A stretch of DNA of 64,000 nucleotides, taken from the NCBI RefSeq assembly GCF_006345805.1, contig NC_043006.1, positions 14,012,001-14,076,000 on the forward strand, given 5' to 3'. Shown here in pieces: positions 24,423-38,182 of the stretch. This stretch comes from Octopus sinensis (lineage: Eukaryota). The translations under genes were made by a program, and so were the position numbers. Position 1 is the first letter of the stretch; each line of letters starts with the position of its first letter. Under the pieces are notes generated by a model. That model ran no database searches. It was given only the letters and a program-made list of their open reading frames with translations, and was not told the DNA's origin.

Positions 24423-24772
24423 CTTTCCGTCTTCGCGTATGCTCCTGTTTTGCTTAGTCAATTCTAGTGGAAATGCGTGTCTTATGTTTGGCAGCATGGT
24501 GGCAACTGACAAATAACAGTTGGGGTTTGGGGGGGGGTTTATTGCTTTTGCTTTGGTTTGGGGTTTTTAGGCTTCGTTGGTATATTGTAGTGAAAAGTGC
24601 AGATCTTAGATTTCTAAAGAATTATGTAGGTCTTTTATTAGAGGCTATTTTATATTCTCCTTCGCCACCAAACTTTGCAGCATTATATGTGTGTATGCGT
24701 GTTTATATATGTGCGTGTGCTTGTATATGTGTCAGTGTGTCTGCGTACCTTTGTGGGGGAGGTGTGGAGTGG

Positions 24773-25133
24773 TGGAAGCACTCCATCGGTTACGACGACG
24801 AGGGTTCCGATTGATCCGATCAACGGAACAGCCTGCTCGTGAAATTAACGTGTAAGTGGCTGAGCACTCCACAGACACGTGTACCCTTAACGTAGTTCTC
24901 GAGGATATTCAGCGTGACACAGAGAGTGACAAGGCCGGCCCTTTGAAATACAGGTACAACAGAAACAGGAAGTAAGAGTGAGAGACAGTTGTGGTGAAAG
25001 AGTACAGCAGGGATCACCACCATCCCTGCCGGAACCTCGTGGAGCTTTAGGTGCTTTCGCTCAATAAACACTCACAACGCCCGGTCTGGGAATCGAAACC
25101 GCGATCCTACGACCGCGAGTCCGCTGCCCTCAC
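24773..25133 (-). mobile_element. SINE family C, slightly 5'-truncated
   Basis: High identity to 8687-9069. Confidence 0.9.
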
Positions 25134-25227
25134 CAGGAGGTGTAATAGTCTTAACACAGAGCTGATTAAAAAAAAAACTATCGATATTTTCTATAGTAGG
25201 GATAAAACTAAACCTTAACAAACTAAT

Positions 25228-25334
25228 AATCTAATGCATGTATGTATGTATGTTTATGAACATTATAGGAAAATCAAACAGAGAACATTTGTAATGTTTT
25301 GTAAATCTCTATTGTTCCACTCATCAGTTAGATT
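25228..25334 (-). ncRNA. Decayed hammerhead ribozyme
   Basis: Stem I AAUCUAA/UUAGAUU, CUGAUGA core and long stem II (GUGGAACA/UGUUCAU, AUAGAGA/UCUCUGU) are retained. G12 is lost, U16.1 is changed to C, and an (ACAU)n run has expanded in loop III. Confidence 0.55.
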
Positions 25335-25777
25335 CGCAAGATGACAATGAGTTTGCTTTATTCATACTTCAAAAATCTCAATATTCCCATGCTTTTATTC
25401 AAAACCATTGTTATATATCCTTATGCATTTATAACAGCTGAAAACGGTATGATAAGTGCAGATCTTAGATAAGTGTATGCATGTATGCGTGTAGTTTCTT
25501 GGTTTTGGCGTTATCAGTGTCAGCCATTGTCACAAATGCTAAATCCAACATACAGAAAAGTACCTATTATTATTTATTTTTTTTTTTTTTTGTAAACCGG
25601 GCTGAATAACGTTAATTTGGTGAGTAAAAGGGAATTTCTGTATATATGACAGAAGAACAAAATAGTTACTCATGTAGGCAAAATTTCTTCGACATTATTG
25701 TAAACTATATGTTCAAAAATATCTTTTAAAACAGTCCACAATGCGTGCACGTCAGTTTTATGCACGTCGTATTTATG

Positions 25778-25856
<79 letters not shown>

Positions 25857-26062
25857 AATTATTGTATACAGTGCTCAGCTGCACCACAACTTGTCAAAAC
25901 GTGCGTATAAAGCATATGCAGTAATGTACAAATGTCTGGGAAGTGAACAGTGTATGAGTCAGATACATGCTTGCGTGTGTATGGAGGGGAGAAAATCAGG
26001 TGTAGTGTTGGCGAATCTCAGGAAGCATGGAAGTTTTGAAGGATGCAGTGTATGTAGATTTT

Positions 26063-26096
<34 letters not shown>

Positions 26097-27129
26097 TGTA
26101 TGTATGTATGTATGTATGTATGTATGTATGTATGTATGGCCGGCTGGCCGGCTAGCTGGATGGATGGATGGATGGATGGTTGTTTTAATTGTTCTCAAAG
26201 GGAGCTTGCTTCTTACAAAGTATCAAGGATCTATAACTTGGATATGATATATAAGAACAAGTGGCCCTCTGCCTCAAATCCTACGTTACTTTTTTTTCTC
26301 ATATTCCCTCCTACACATTTATTGATATAGCTGAATACACCAATAATTTCAGGTATTAATGTAAATACACAATTTTGGTAAAGAAGCTGTAAGTTTCGAA
26401 GAATTGCCCTAAGTATTTTTTTCACAATTATTTTCAAAGAAATATTCATATACGTAAAGCAATTGATCTCTATGACTGTACATGTGGTTTACTCTTGCCG
26501 AAAGACTTTACGGGAATGCTACATCAATATTCCTTATGTTCACAAGTGTACGTATTCAATATCAAAAGTATTTTTCATTTTTATCCCTGGGTAGTCTTAC
26601 ATATGAATGGTATTGAATGCTGTTTCGGCAACAACGCCATGCAGTACTGAAACATATTAACTTAATAACATTTTTATAAGTACCTTGAGGGTTGAAGGAC
26701 TTCATTGCTCTTTTCGTTGATTAGATATATTTTAGCTATCCCCCGCTCTTGATTACAAAAGCATAAATTTCGGAAACTGATTTGATGTAACAGTCACGAT
26801 TCTAAGAGAATCTACACTTCGTGTTAATGCTAACATCATCCTCAAATTTACCGGGGACATAGCCATGCATACCATTATTTATTATGCAGAAAGAGAGTAT
26901 ACCTCTCTCAAGGTTTAGTTGAGGTATGTTAAGAAATTCGTAGAGTGTGAAAACTATTTCAGGAAGCTTAGCCTGTATGTATGTATGTATGTATGTATGT
27001 ATGTATGTATGTATGTATGTATGTATGTATGTATGTATGTATGTATGTGCATGTGCAGATTTGTATGTTTTGCTTTATGTATGCATTATCAGGCATATAG
27101 TTGCATATCTAGACATGCTCATATATATT

Positions 27130-27705
27130 TAAATGCTAAACTTCCGAGAAGTTTTACAGATATTTACAGTTCTATTATTAATAGACTGGATCAGTAAGCT
27201 TTCTCCTTTCTGGTTTTGAGAATCCTAATTTCTCAAGATTGTTATCTAGACAGTGTGTTACATATTTCAGGGCCCCAAAATTACAGGTATAAATCTTTAC
27301 TTGTAATCTAAATAGAGTAATTGCAAATTTCTCAATAGTTCAGCATAGGTGTTCTCTTTTACACTGATCTTCCAGCTTTAAGTTAACATCCGCTAGGCAT
27401 CTAATTTCCACAACTGTGCACAGTTTCTTTTCTCTGTCAATAATCATTATATCAGGTCTGTTGTGCTTACATTTTATTGAGGTTTTCACTGGGACATTCC
27501 ACCAGTACACCTTTTTATTATGAGTGGCTATATCTTCTACCATATTGTGGATTCTTATTTCTTTGTCCTCGAGATTATCCTTCCGACGGATTTCATCATA
27601 GAGTTTCCTAGCTACATCATGGCTCATCGGTAGATAATACCGTCATGACATTTTCGGACAGCTGCTTATAATGTGGGTGAATCCGAATATAGATGCATCG
27701 GTTAG
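27130..27705 (-). mobile_element. 3' fragment of a second RLE LINE family
   Basis: YYLPMSHDVARKLY...YWWNVPV..CKHNRPDIMIIDREKKLCTVVEIRC endonuclease motif. Paralogs at 44575-45530 and 10235-10330. Confidence 0.8.
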
Positions 27706-27749
27706 GATGCGAAAATAATTTTTATATATATGATGGTAATAAAACAAAG

Positions 27750-28190
27750 GAGGTAATTCATACGTTAAGTTTTGTTCTTGCGCTGGAAAATTCGCTGGGT
27801 AGAGGTTTGCTTGTGGTAGACTGGTTAGTTTCGTTGGGTAATTAGGGCGGGGTGAGTATTATTTAGGTGCGGAGTTCCTAGTTTAATGAAGCACATTTTT
27901 TCGTACGTGTGTATTCAATTTTTTTAATATTCTACGATTAGTTATCACCGGCGGTGTAGATGAAGGAGGTAACGCTAAAAGGGTGAAAAGGGTGCTAACT
28001 CGTACCAAATTTTGGGTGGTTTAAAATTCATTATGGCTAATAATTATCTTATTGCTAGAGTTTAGGAAGTTCTTAGTGCTAGGAGGGGTCCTATGTATGT
28101 GCAAAGTGTATTATTATAGAATGTTGAAGGCGAGTAGGTTTGCGGGGTGACTATTTGTGTGTAAGTGTTTAAGGTATTTCCCAGTTAATT
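27750..28190 (-). mobile_element. Possible highly decayed Penelope-like linker fragment
   Basis: The minus strand contains FKPPKIWYELAPFSPF, resembling the KIIWFNPPFS linker motif; the rest is degenerate. Confidence 0.25.
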
Positions 28191-28217
28191 ATACTTATAT
28201 AAGTATAATATCTGTGA

Positions 28218-28530
28218 GACCTTAGGCAAGTGTCTTCTACTATAACCACGGCCCGACCAAAGCCTTGTGAGAGGATTTGGTAGAGGGAAACTGAAAGAAG
28301 CCTATCGTATGTGTGTGTGTGTAGGTGTGTGTATATGTTTGTGTGTCTGTATTTGTCCCCCCAACATCGCTTGACAACCGATGCTGGTATGTTTACGTCC
28401 CTGTAACTTAGCGATAGAATAAGTACTAGGCTTACAAAGAATAAGTGCTGGGGTCGATTTGCTCGGCTAAAGGCGGTGCTCCGCCATGGCCGCAGTCAGA
28501 TGAGTGAAACAAGTAAAAGAATAAAAGAAT
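28218..28530 (+). mobile_element. 5'-truncated SINE family A variant
   Basis: Starts at ccttaggcaagtgtcttctact; same body and tail. Confidence 0.85.
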
Positions 28531-28859
28531 TGTCGCAACATCCATTCTGACAGATGAAGAAAACTTACTGAAATGGGGAGGAATATTCTTCTTCTAAATC
28601 ATTCAAGTTGCTATTGATGCTAAAAGATTATACAGTTGTCACCCAAAAGCGAATATGACATAAGAACGTGCACCATACTTCCGGTTATTGTACTGATGCC
28701 CATGCAGAGAATGTTACCAAATATCTTGAGCAAATCTAGGTTTCCAGGTTAGGAGATAAGGAAACGAAAGCGAAGTTAATTTGCACTGGGGGAATATTAC
28801 ATAGAGACGTCAACGGAAATAAGTTCCAGAGACACAGACACAGACACACACATATAAAC

Positions 28860-28921
28860 ATATATTCCTTCACATATATTTTACATATATAGTATATATA
28901 TATATACATATATATATATAC

Positions 28922-28966
<45 letters not shown>

Positions 28967-28975
28967 TATATACAT

Positions 28976-29007
<32 letters not shown>

Positions 29008-29338
29008 CATATATATATACATATATAAATATATAAATACATATATATATATACATACATATGTATATATATACATATATATTATACATATATATATCTA
29101 TATATATATATATATATATACATTATATATACCTATATATATATATATATATATATACATATATATATACATATATTATACATATATATATATATATATA
29201 TACATACATACATATATATATATATATACATATATATACATAATATATATATACATATATATATACAATATATATATATATATATATACATAATATATAT
29301 ACATATATTATAATATACATATATATATCTATATATAT

Positions 29339-29383
<45 letters not shown>

Positions 29384-29385
29384 TG
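28860..29385. repeat. Degenerate (TA)n/(TACA)n tract; similar tracts at 31830-32510, 46950-47190 and 50070-50170
   Basis: Direct inspection. Confidence 0.95.
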
Positions 29386-29654
29386 GAAAATAGGGAATAA
29401 TGCCGTAAACGGAGAAAATATCGTTATATATATATGTGCGTGTGTATGTGTGTGCGTGTGTGCGTGTGTGTGGTGTGGTGTGTGGTGTGTGGTGTGGTGT
29501 GTGTGTGTGTGTATGTGTGTGTGTGTATACAGTGCGTTTACACCTATTTGTCCACAGTGAGAAATTTTCTCCGTGACAAAATACAGTGACTGACTTTCTT
29601 ACGAGTTCGAATATGCCTCAAGCATATACGAACAGGTAACAAGTTTGTGTGTAT

Positions 29655-29685
<31 letters not shown>

Positions 29686-29793
29686 AAAATATATATGTAT
29701 ATATTATATATATTAATTAATTTTTTTCTATGTTTTGGTTTATGTTTTTCACTGTTTGATTTGCCTAATAGTGGTTTTATCTCTAATTTAATA

Positions 29794-29824
<31 letters not shown>

Positions 29825-29831
29825 CAAATTA

Positions 29832-29916
<85 letters not shown>

Positions 29917-30202
29917 AGCTGTGCGTGCGTATGTTAGCAAATGTGTAAGTGTGTGTATATGCGCGTCTGTGTGTGTATATGTGCATCTGCGTGTGTCACG
30001 CCGATTAATTTCAACAAATGATGTGTAAACACAGGGTGTGCATGATTATTATTTATTTTCTCGAAGACAAATGTACTGAAAAGCAACGAAAGAATTCGCC
30101 TGAAAGAATTAGAAAATCATAATGCATAACTGTAATTACCGCAAAACATTTAATCTACACCACTACCTTTTCTGTCTCAGCGCTGGCTTCTTTTAAGAGA
30201 AT

Positions 30203-30249
<47 letters not shown>

Positions 30250-30253
30250 AATG

Positions 30254-30295
<42 letters not shown>

Positions 30296-30390
30296 GTGAT
30301 GATAATAACAGCATCAACAATAATAAAATATAATAATAATAATAATAATAATAATATAATAATGGTGATGATAATAATAATAACAATAAC

Positions 30391-30453
<63 letters not shown>

Positions 30454-30577
30454 AATAATTTCTTTTATAGATAATGGAATAAGTTACCTATAAATTTTAA
30501 TTTATTTCGAAAGAAAGTTCAATAATTTTATATGTTTCTGTTACAATGAGTACCATACTTGCAGCGTCAAATTAAAG

Positions 30578-30615
<38 letters not shown>

Positions 30616-30810
30616 TATATATTAAATTAGAGATAAAACCACTATTAGGCAAATCAAACAGTGAGAAACATAAACCAAAACATAGAAATAAAATTAATTA
30701 ATATAATTAATTTTTATCTCTAATTTAATATATATATTTATAATGTAAAATTAGATTTAATCCTAAATCTAATTTTTCCCAGTAAGTTTGGATTTACTCC
30801 CTAATATTAT

Positions 30811-30886
<76 letters not shown>

Positions 30887-31083
30887 TAAACGAATGCTTC
30901 TGAAAATAAATCTGGAAACAGAATTTCCCTATATAAATACAAAAGCATATATACATACAAATATATACATACATGCCTACATACATATATACATGTATTA
31001 TGTACGTATGTAAATACGAAAGCATTCATAGATACGCATATATTCATATATACATATACACACACGCGTGCACACACACACAC

Positions 31084-31129
<46 letters not shown>

Positions 31130-31178
31130 TATATATAAATCAGTTTATAAATCTGATTGATGATAAAGGTAGATATAT

Positions 31179-31211
<33 letters not shown>

Positions 31212-31269
31212 ACATTATTGGTGAATTGAAGAAATGGAGCTGAACGCAGATTGAACAGAAATCGTTTTA

Positions 31270-31359
31270 TTTCATTCTACACGTGTTTCGAAAGGCACAA
31301 ATTACCAAAATCCGATTGAATAATGGGACCACATTGTGTCTTTCTCTTCAGGAAGAAAA
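31270..31359 (-). ncRNA. Type I hammerhead ribozyme in the left arm of the 478-bp palindrome
   Basis: Reverse-complement copy of the motif at 31541-31629, with one extra base in stem II. Confidence 0.75.
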
Positions 31360-31540
31360 AAGGAAATCCGTTGGAAAAACAAAAACAGAACAGAGGCGGA
31401 GCAAAAAACAAATCGAACTGTGCTCCTAAGAGCCCCTGGCGAAACTGATAAACAGTTTCGCCATGGGCTCTTAGGAGCACAGTTCGATTTGTTTTTTGCT
31501 CCGCCTCTGTTCTGTTTTTGTTTTTCCAACGGATTTCCTT

Positions 31541-31629
31541 TTTTCTTCCTGAAGAGAAAGACACAATGTGGTCCCATTATTCAATCGGATTTTGGTAATT
31601 GTGCCTTTCGAAACACGTGTAGAATGAAA
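31541..31629 (+). ncRNA. Type I hammerhead ribozyme in the right arm of the 478-bp palindrome
   Basis: UUUUCUUC-CUGAAGA-GAAAG(A)CACAAU...AUUGUG(C)CUUUC-GAA-ACACGUGU-A-GAAUGAAA. Intact core, palindromic stem III, GUA triplet (cut after 31621). Confidence 0.8.
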
Positions 31630-31865
31630 TAAAACGATTTCTGTTCAATCTGCGTTCAGCTCCATTTCTTCAATTCACAATAATGTTTTAATTTCAATTA
31701 TCCGCACCAACGCACGGTTGCAACGCCAGATGGTTGTACCTCCAACCGTGCTGTTTACTGCTGTGATTTTTGCTACTAAGGTATCGGTTAAACTTTTGAT
31801 TAATCTACTACAAGATTATTCATCTTTCTATTTCACATAATATATATATATATATATATATATAT

Positions 31866-31910
<45 letters not shown>

Positions 31911-31940
31911 ATATATATACTATAATAAATAATTATATAT

Positions 31941-32007
<67 letters not shown>

Positions 32008-32347
32008 ATAATAGGAGAGGAAAAATTATAAAAAGGCAGAATGCTGAATTGAAGGTAAATTTTAATAAAAATGGGTGTATGGAAAATTTAAATTCTGCCT
32101 TTTTATAATTTTACCTCTCTATCATTTCTCCACATGCGGTCAACACAACCCCACCATTTATTGATTTATATAATAATATATAATATGTATGGTGGTGCCC
32201 CAGCATGGCCGCGGCCTTCGGGCTGAAACATTTTTAAGGATTTTAAGGATATATATATATATATATATAATAATATATATATATATTATATAATATATAT
32301 AATATATATTATATATATAATATTATATATTATATATATATATATAT

Positions 32348-32393
<46 letters not shown>

Positions 32394-32401
32394 ATATATA
32401 T

Positions 32402-32466
<65 letters not shown>

Positions 32467-32912
32467 TAATATATATAATAATTATATATATAATAATATA
32501 TATTAGTAATTTGCTGAGGCTTATTTTCTGTCTAATACCCCCAAACGGAAATGCAGATTAATGCGAGTCCTTAAAAGCAAGTACATAACTACTTTATTAG
32601 TTTTATGTTAAAGAAATATAACCTTAGTAATCCTAGTAAATCTCGATCAATATTATCTATCGTTAGAAGACGGCAAGCTGGCAGAATCGTTAGCACGCCC
32701 AGAAAAGTGCTTAGCGGCATTTCGTCCGTCTTCACGTTCTGAGTTCAAATTCTGCGAGGTCGATTTTGCCTTTCATCCTTTCGGGGTCGATAAAACTAAG
32801 TACCAGCTGAACACTGGGGTCGATGTAATTAACTTACTCCTTCCCTCGAAGTTGCTGGTCTTGTGTCAAATGTTGAAACCAATGTTATTTATCACTAGTA
32901 TCTAAGGCGGAA

Positions 32913-33213
32913 GGAGGCGCAATGGCTCAGTGGTTAGGGCAACGAACTCGCGGTTGGAGGATCGCGGTTTTGATTCCCAGACCGGATGTTGTGTGTGTTT
33001 ATTGAGCAAAAACACCTAAAAGCTCCACGACGTTCTGGCAGGGGGTGGTGGCCACCCCTGTTGTACTCTTTCGCCACAACTTTCTCTCACTCTCTCTTCC
33101 TGTTTCTTGAGTAACGCTGCGATGGACTGGCGTCCCGTCCAGCTAGGGGGAACACATACGCCACAGAAACCGGGAAACTGGGCCCATGAGCCTGGATAGG
33201 CTTGAAAAGGGCG
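32913..33213 (+). mobile_element. SINE family C2
   Basis: TSD gtatctaaggcggaa; inserted at the head of a family B copy. Confidence 0.85.
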
Positions 33214-33583
33214 ACGTTTATCGTATCTAAGGCGGAAAGCTTGTAGAATCGTTAGAACGGTGTTAAAGGATTTGAATTATTTGTTCCAATACTTTATATT
33301 CTGAGTTCAAATCCCACCAAGGTGGTGAGCTTTGCAATTTATCCGTACGGGTCCGATGTTTTTGGAGCCAAAAGCATTGACTAACACCTCCCTCTCAAGT
33401 CACTGACTTTGGACCAAAATTTGAAACAATTAAAAGCGACAGCACGCCGGACAAAATGCCTAGCTGCATTTCGTCCGTCTCTTCATGATCTCAGTTCAAA
33501 TTACGCCGAGATCAACTTCACCTTTCATCCTTATGGAGCCGATAAATTAAGTACTAGTGCCTTCACTAGAAAAGATTATTGTG

Positions 33584-34350
<767 letters not shown>

Positions 34351-35389
34351 TAGTGAGAGAGCAGTGCAGTGCATTTTTTGCCAAGTCAAAACAATGTACA
34401 TGATAACACTTCCAATCAGTTTAGATCAGAAGCCACGAGAGCCACTGTCTGGTACTGCATCAGGGCATTTATTATTATTATTGTTGTTGTTGTTGTTGCT
34501 TAGCTACCAGAACTAGTAGCATGCAGGACAAAATGCTTAGTGGCATTTCTTCTGAAAAAAATATATTACCTTACACTTTTTACGATGCTCTAACGGTTCT
34601 GCCAATTCGTCGCCCTCACACATTAAATTATCAAAAATTGCTTCTAACATAGGAACAAATTTAGAAATATTCTATAGGCTCAAGGCATAAAATGTTGGTG
34701 GAGGGGGTAAGTCGATTACATTGACCCCAGTGCCCAACTGGTACTTATTTTATCGACCGCGAAAGGCTGAAAGGGAAAGAGGACCTCGGTGCATTCGAAC
34801 ACAGAATGTAACGACGGTCGAAATTCCACTAAGAAATTTTCCTGCATGCAAACGATTCTACTGGCTCGCCACCATCAAGGCCAAAAACATTGGTCTTAAG
34901 TTTTGGCTCGGAGCAAGCAAATTCGGGTGAATAGGGTAAGTCGATAACTCAACTAGTACTTAATTAATCTACTCGAAAGCATGAAAGGGGAAGTTGGCCG
35001 CGGCGGAATTTGAACTCAAAAGGTTATAACGGACGAAATGCCACTAAGCATTTCGCACGGTGTGCTAATGATTCTGCTAGCTCGCTTTCAAGGCCAAAAA
35101 TATTGTGGGAAAGAAATGGTTGCTTTAATTAGATGATTTAGACTGGATTTGAACTCAGAACAGAAAGAACAGTAATGAAAACAAAAATGCAAAGCAGTTT
35201 TCTGATACTGTAACAAATTTTGTCAGTCCACCGCCTTTCTCTTTGAATAACAAATGGTTTCTAATTCAGGCACAAGGCCAGCAATTTAGAAAGAAAAATG
35301 TGGGCCAAAACCATCGTCTCCAGTATTTGATTGCATTATTTTATTGATTCCGTAAGGAATTACTGGCAAAGTTGACCCCGCGGGATTTT

Positions 35390-35816
35390 AACTTAAAATG
35401 AAAGAGGCCGGAACAAATATCACAAAATAGTTTTTCCGATACATTATTTACAATGGACGGGTAGGTGTTTTCACCTTGTTTGTTGCTATCCCACCGTTTT
35501 GGCTGATGTACTCTGCATCTTTCATCAGGTGTCCTGATGGAATTTCGAACCCAACGCTTTTTTATTACTAAGGGGGCACACTGTTCACATTCCTAAGATA
35601 TGTTGCTGATGTTGGGAATAAGAACAGTGTACTCCATTAGTTAAATAAAAGGTCGGGTTCAAAATTCCATCAGAACACCTGATGAAGGCTGGAGAGTACA
35701 TCAGCCAAAACGGTGTGATAGCAACAAACAAGGTGAGGACACCTATCCGTCCATTGTAAATAATGTATCGGAAAAACTATTTGGGGTATTTGTTCCGGCC
35801 TCTTTCATTTTAAGTT
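35390..35816. mobile_element. Inverted pair of Penelope-type pseudo-LTR fragments inserted in a SINE relic
   Basis: Imperfect arms of about 170 bp with a spacer of about 85 bp; each arm carries a hammerhead relic. A 13-bp direct repeat tagtttttccgat lies at 35428-35440 and 35822-35834. Confidence 0.6.
35674..35719 (+). ncRNA. Decayed minimal hammerhead (second, more decayed copy inverted at about 35480-35540)
   Basis: AACAC-CUGAUGA-A-GGCUG...CAGCC-AAA-ACGG-U-GUGAU. G12 and U16.1 are mutated. Related fragments at 12.4 and 13.6 kb preserve ACGUU-GUGUU, which restores stem III and stem I. Confidence 0.55.
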
Positions 35817-36653
35817 AGGGTTAGTTTTTCCGATGCTCTAACGATTCCGACAAGCCGTCGCCTTCCTTCCTTGCACGAAGTCAGAACGGGAACAGTTGAT
35901 TTAATTAAGTTACCTCGGTGGAATTTGAAGTCAGAATGTAAAGAGCCGGAACAAAATACAGTATGCAAATCCACTTTTAAAAGTTAGTAATTGTTTCTCA
36001 TTTAAAGAACAATGCCAGCAATTTTGATGGAAGGAGATTATCGGATATCGACATCCTCAGTACTTGATGAGTACTATTCTTATTCTATTTTATTTCATTC
36101 TATTGACATCAGTGAGATTTGAACTCAGAGCGTAAATGCTGGAACAAATGCAGAATGACATTTTCCCGACATTCTAACGATTCAGCCAACTCACTGCCGC
36201 CTTCAAATAGTTATTAATACTAAAATCTATACGTTAACCAAAATCTGTTGTTAACGAAACTAATCAAAAGCGCATAACACTCGTTAACTCGTAGTCTATC
36301 AACGTGGACTCTTTGATCAATACTAACCTGTACCTTCCTAACCAGTCTTAACCGACAATTATCGTAAGCGCGTCATATTAGTCTTTTTTATATTACGCTT
36401 GCAATACGATGGTTCTCTTACAATGCTATCTCCTACCACTACTCTTGCGATGTCTTTGTTGATCACTTTGCTTAAACTTCCCACTCCAGGAATCCACACC
36501 TTTCAAGATACTGTTTTTTTTTCAGTAAATTGCCCATAAAAGTTTAAAAAACTGAACATTAAACGCATCAAATTTATGCAACTGCTTCTTTCTTTGTCTA
36601 GAAGAGCCATGATAGGCTTTGGATACTTCTCTCCATAATAAAATTATATTTAA

Positions 36654-37051
36654 CTAGCAGTATCGCCCGGCGTTGCTCGGGTTTGTAAGGGAAATAACTA
36701 TATAAGCATTTTTAGAGAGTTATAGCCAAAAAATAGCAAAAAAATGCATTAAAAATGGGGAAAAAATGATGGTAAATTTTTTTTTTTAATCGTTGACTCA
36801 TCGTAGACATTTTTAGAGAGTTACTTCCCTTATATAATAGCGAAAAAATGCATTAAATTGGAAAAAATGATGGTAATTTATTTTTTAAATCGTAGACTCA
36901 TTGTAGACGCGCGCTAATACCCAGAAGGGCTCTATATGAATCACGACTATAAGATACCCGGTTTTGGTTAAACTGCACCGCAAAATGTGGGAGTAGTTAG
37001 GAATCTAAATCGTAGGAGACAGACACACAACTTCACTTTTATATATAAAGA
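36654..37051 (-). mobile_element. Non-autonomous Helitron (same family)
   Basis: A|TC...hairpin...CTAG|T termini; carries an internal tandem duplication of about 100 bp. Confidence 0.85.
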
Positions 37052-37352
37052 TGGTGGATTAAAGGCTGATATACTTAAATGTGCGAAGCGCGATAACTTT
37101 AATTTATCAATACCATACCTATATCGTGTTGAGGTAATCATTGTTGAACAGGTTAACTAAGCCAACGAAGCCAAGGGAGAAAGCTTAAAACATTTTTTTA
37201 AGAATTGACCCACTAGAGTTTTAATTAATTATTTTGTTTAAACAATAAAATTGGCAAAACTTTTGCTTTCAATACAATCAAATTAATTTCACTTTTCAGA
37301 AGAATACCCTATGTTCATTTGCTTTGCCAGAAATAGCAACGAATTTTCTTCG

Positions 37353-37797
37353 GGATTTTTCGGTTTGAACGGCAGTTTTTCCTTGCGGTTTCATATGAAA
37401 TTGTCACCCATAATTATGACCCTAGTATCGATCTATTACAGTTCAATCTGTTTTAGGGTTAGAGTTAGGGTTAGTTAGGGTTAGGGTTAGGGCTAGGGGT
37501 GGGGGGAAGGGTATCTTTTTTTCTTCAGAAATGTAAATAAACCCAATCTGTTTCTTAGACGAGGGACATATTCATACGGCACAGAATGTTTTCACCTCAA
37601 TAGACATCATTGATTGGTTGAAGTTTCAGAAATTGAAGAAAAAAGAACAACAAATATCTTATAAACTATAGAATTTTCTCAATAAAGCCAAGAGAAAAAG
37701 ATGTTTTATAAACACATTCTACCAGTATACGAAGTTTAAAAGGGTTTAGCTACGTGGAATTTATTTTTAAGAACTGCCGATCAAACCGAAAAGATCC
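37353..37797. mobile_element. MITE with about 28-bp TIRs, an 8-bp TSD and an internal TTAGGG-like run
   Basis: TIRs ggatttttcggtttgaacggcagtt / aactgccgatcaaaccgaaaagatcc. TSD tttcttcg at 37345-37352 and 37798-37805. Confidence 0.8.
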
Positions 37798-38182
37798 TTT
37801 CTTCGTATTACAACCTACTGTTTTGAAAAATAGAAGGACGTTTGATAATGTAGTCTTAGATATACTATGCCTCAAAAAAGACCAGGTACTCATGACTGAA
37901 TTTCGTTTGATCATAGAAGCGTTCCACTAAAGTCGACCAGGGGCTAAGCAACGACAATAATTACAATAATAATCTAGATATAAATGAACTACAAGAAAAT
38001 ATGTTTATACATACCGTGTAGAGTAGACATGCACCATTCAGAAAATATTAGACTTGTTGGGGTCCGAATCGCCAAAATCATACTCTAAAATCAAAATATG
38101 ATTTATTATAAAATGTAAAATATAGAAATGAAGTACATTTAATTATTCTGAATCACAATGTTGTACATAAAACATATTATCA

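Larger units (their letters stand above)
31211..31688. repeat. Near-perfect 478-bp palindrome (arms of about 236 bp, 5-nt loop ATAAA)
   Basis: The left arm aacattattggtgaattg...gagcccctggcgaaactg is the reverse complement of the right arm cagtttcgccatgggctc...caattcacaataatgtt, with only about 3 differences. Confidence 0.95.

Noticed and set aside
31740-31808. Alternative upstream Ctr exon (SLTDTLVAKITAVNSTVGG, phase-1 donor gtacaa)
   Set aside because: Weak acceptor and no conserved F/W residues. It cannot be excluded without RNA data but is less convincing than 40479-40555.
36330-36640. Coding-looking unique sequence with hydrophobic stretches
   Set aside because: In-frame stops on both strands and no motif I can identify.
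37453-37500. Telomere or chromosome end
   Set aside because: The run is short, degenerate and internal to a MITE.
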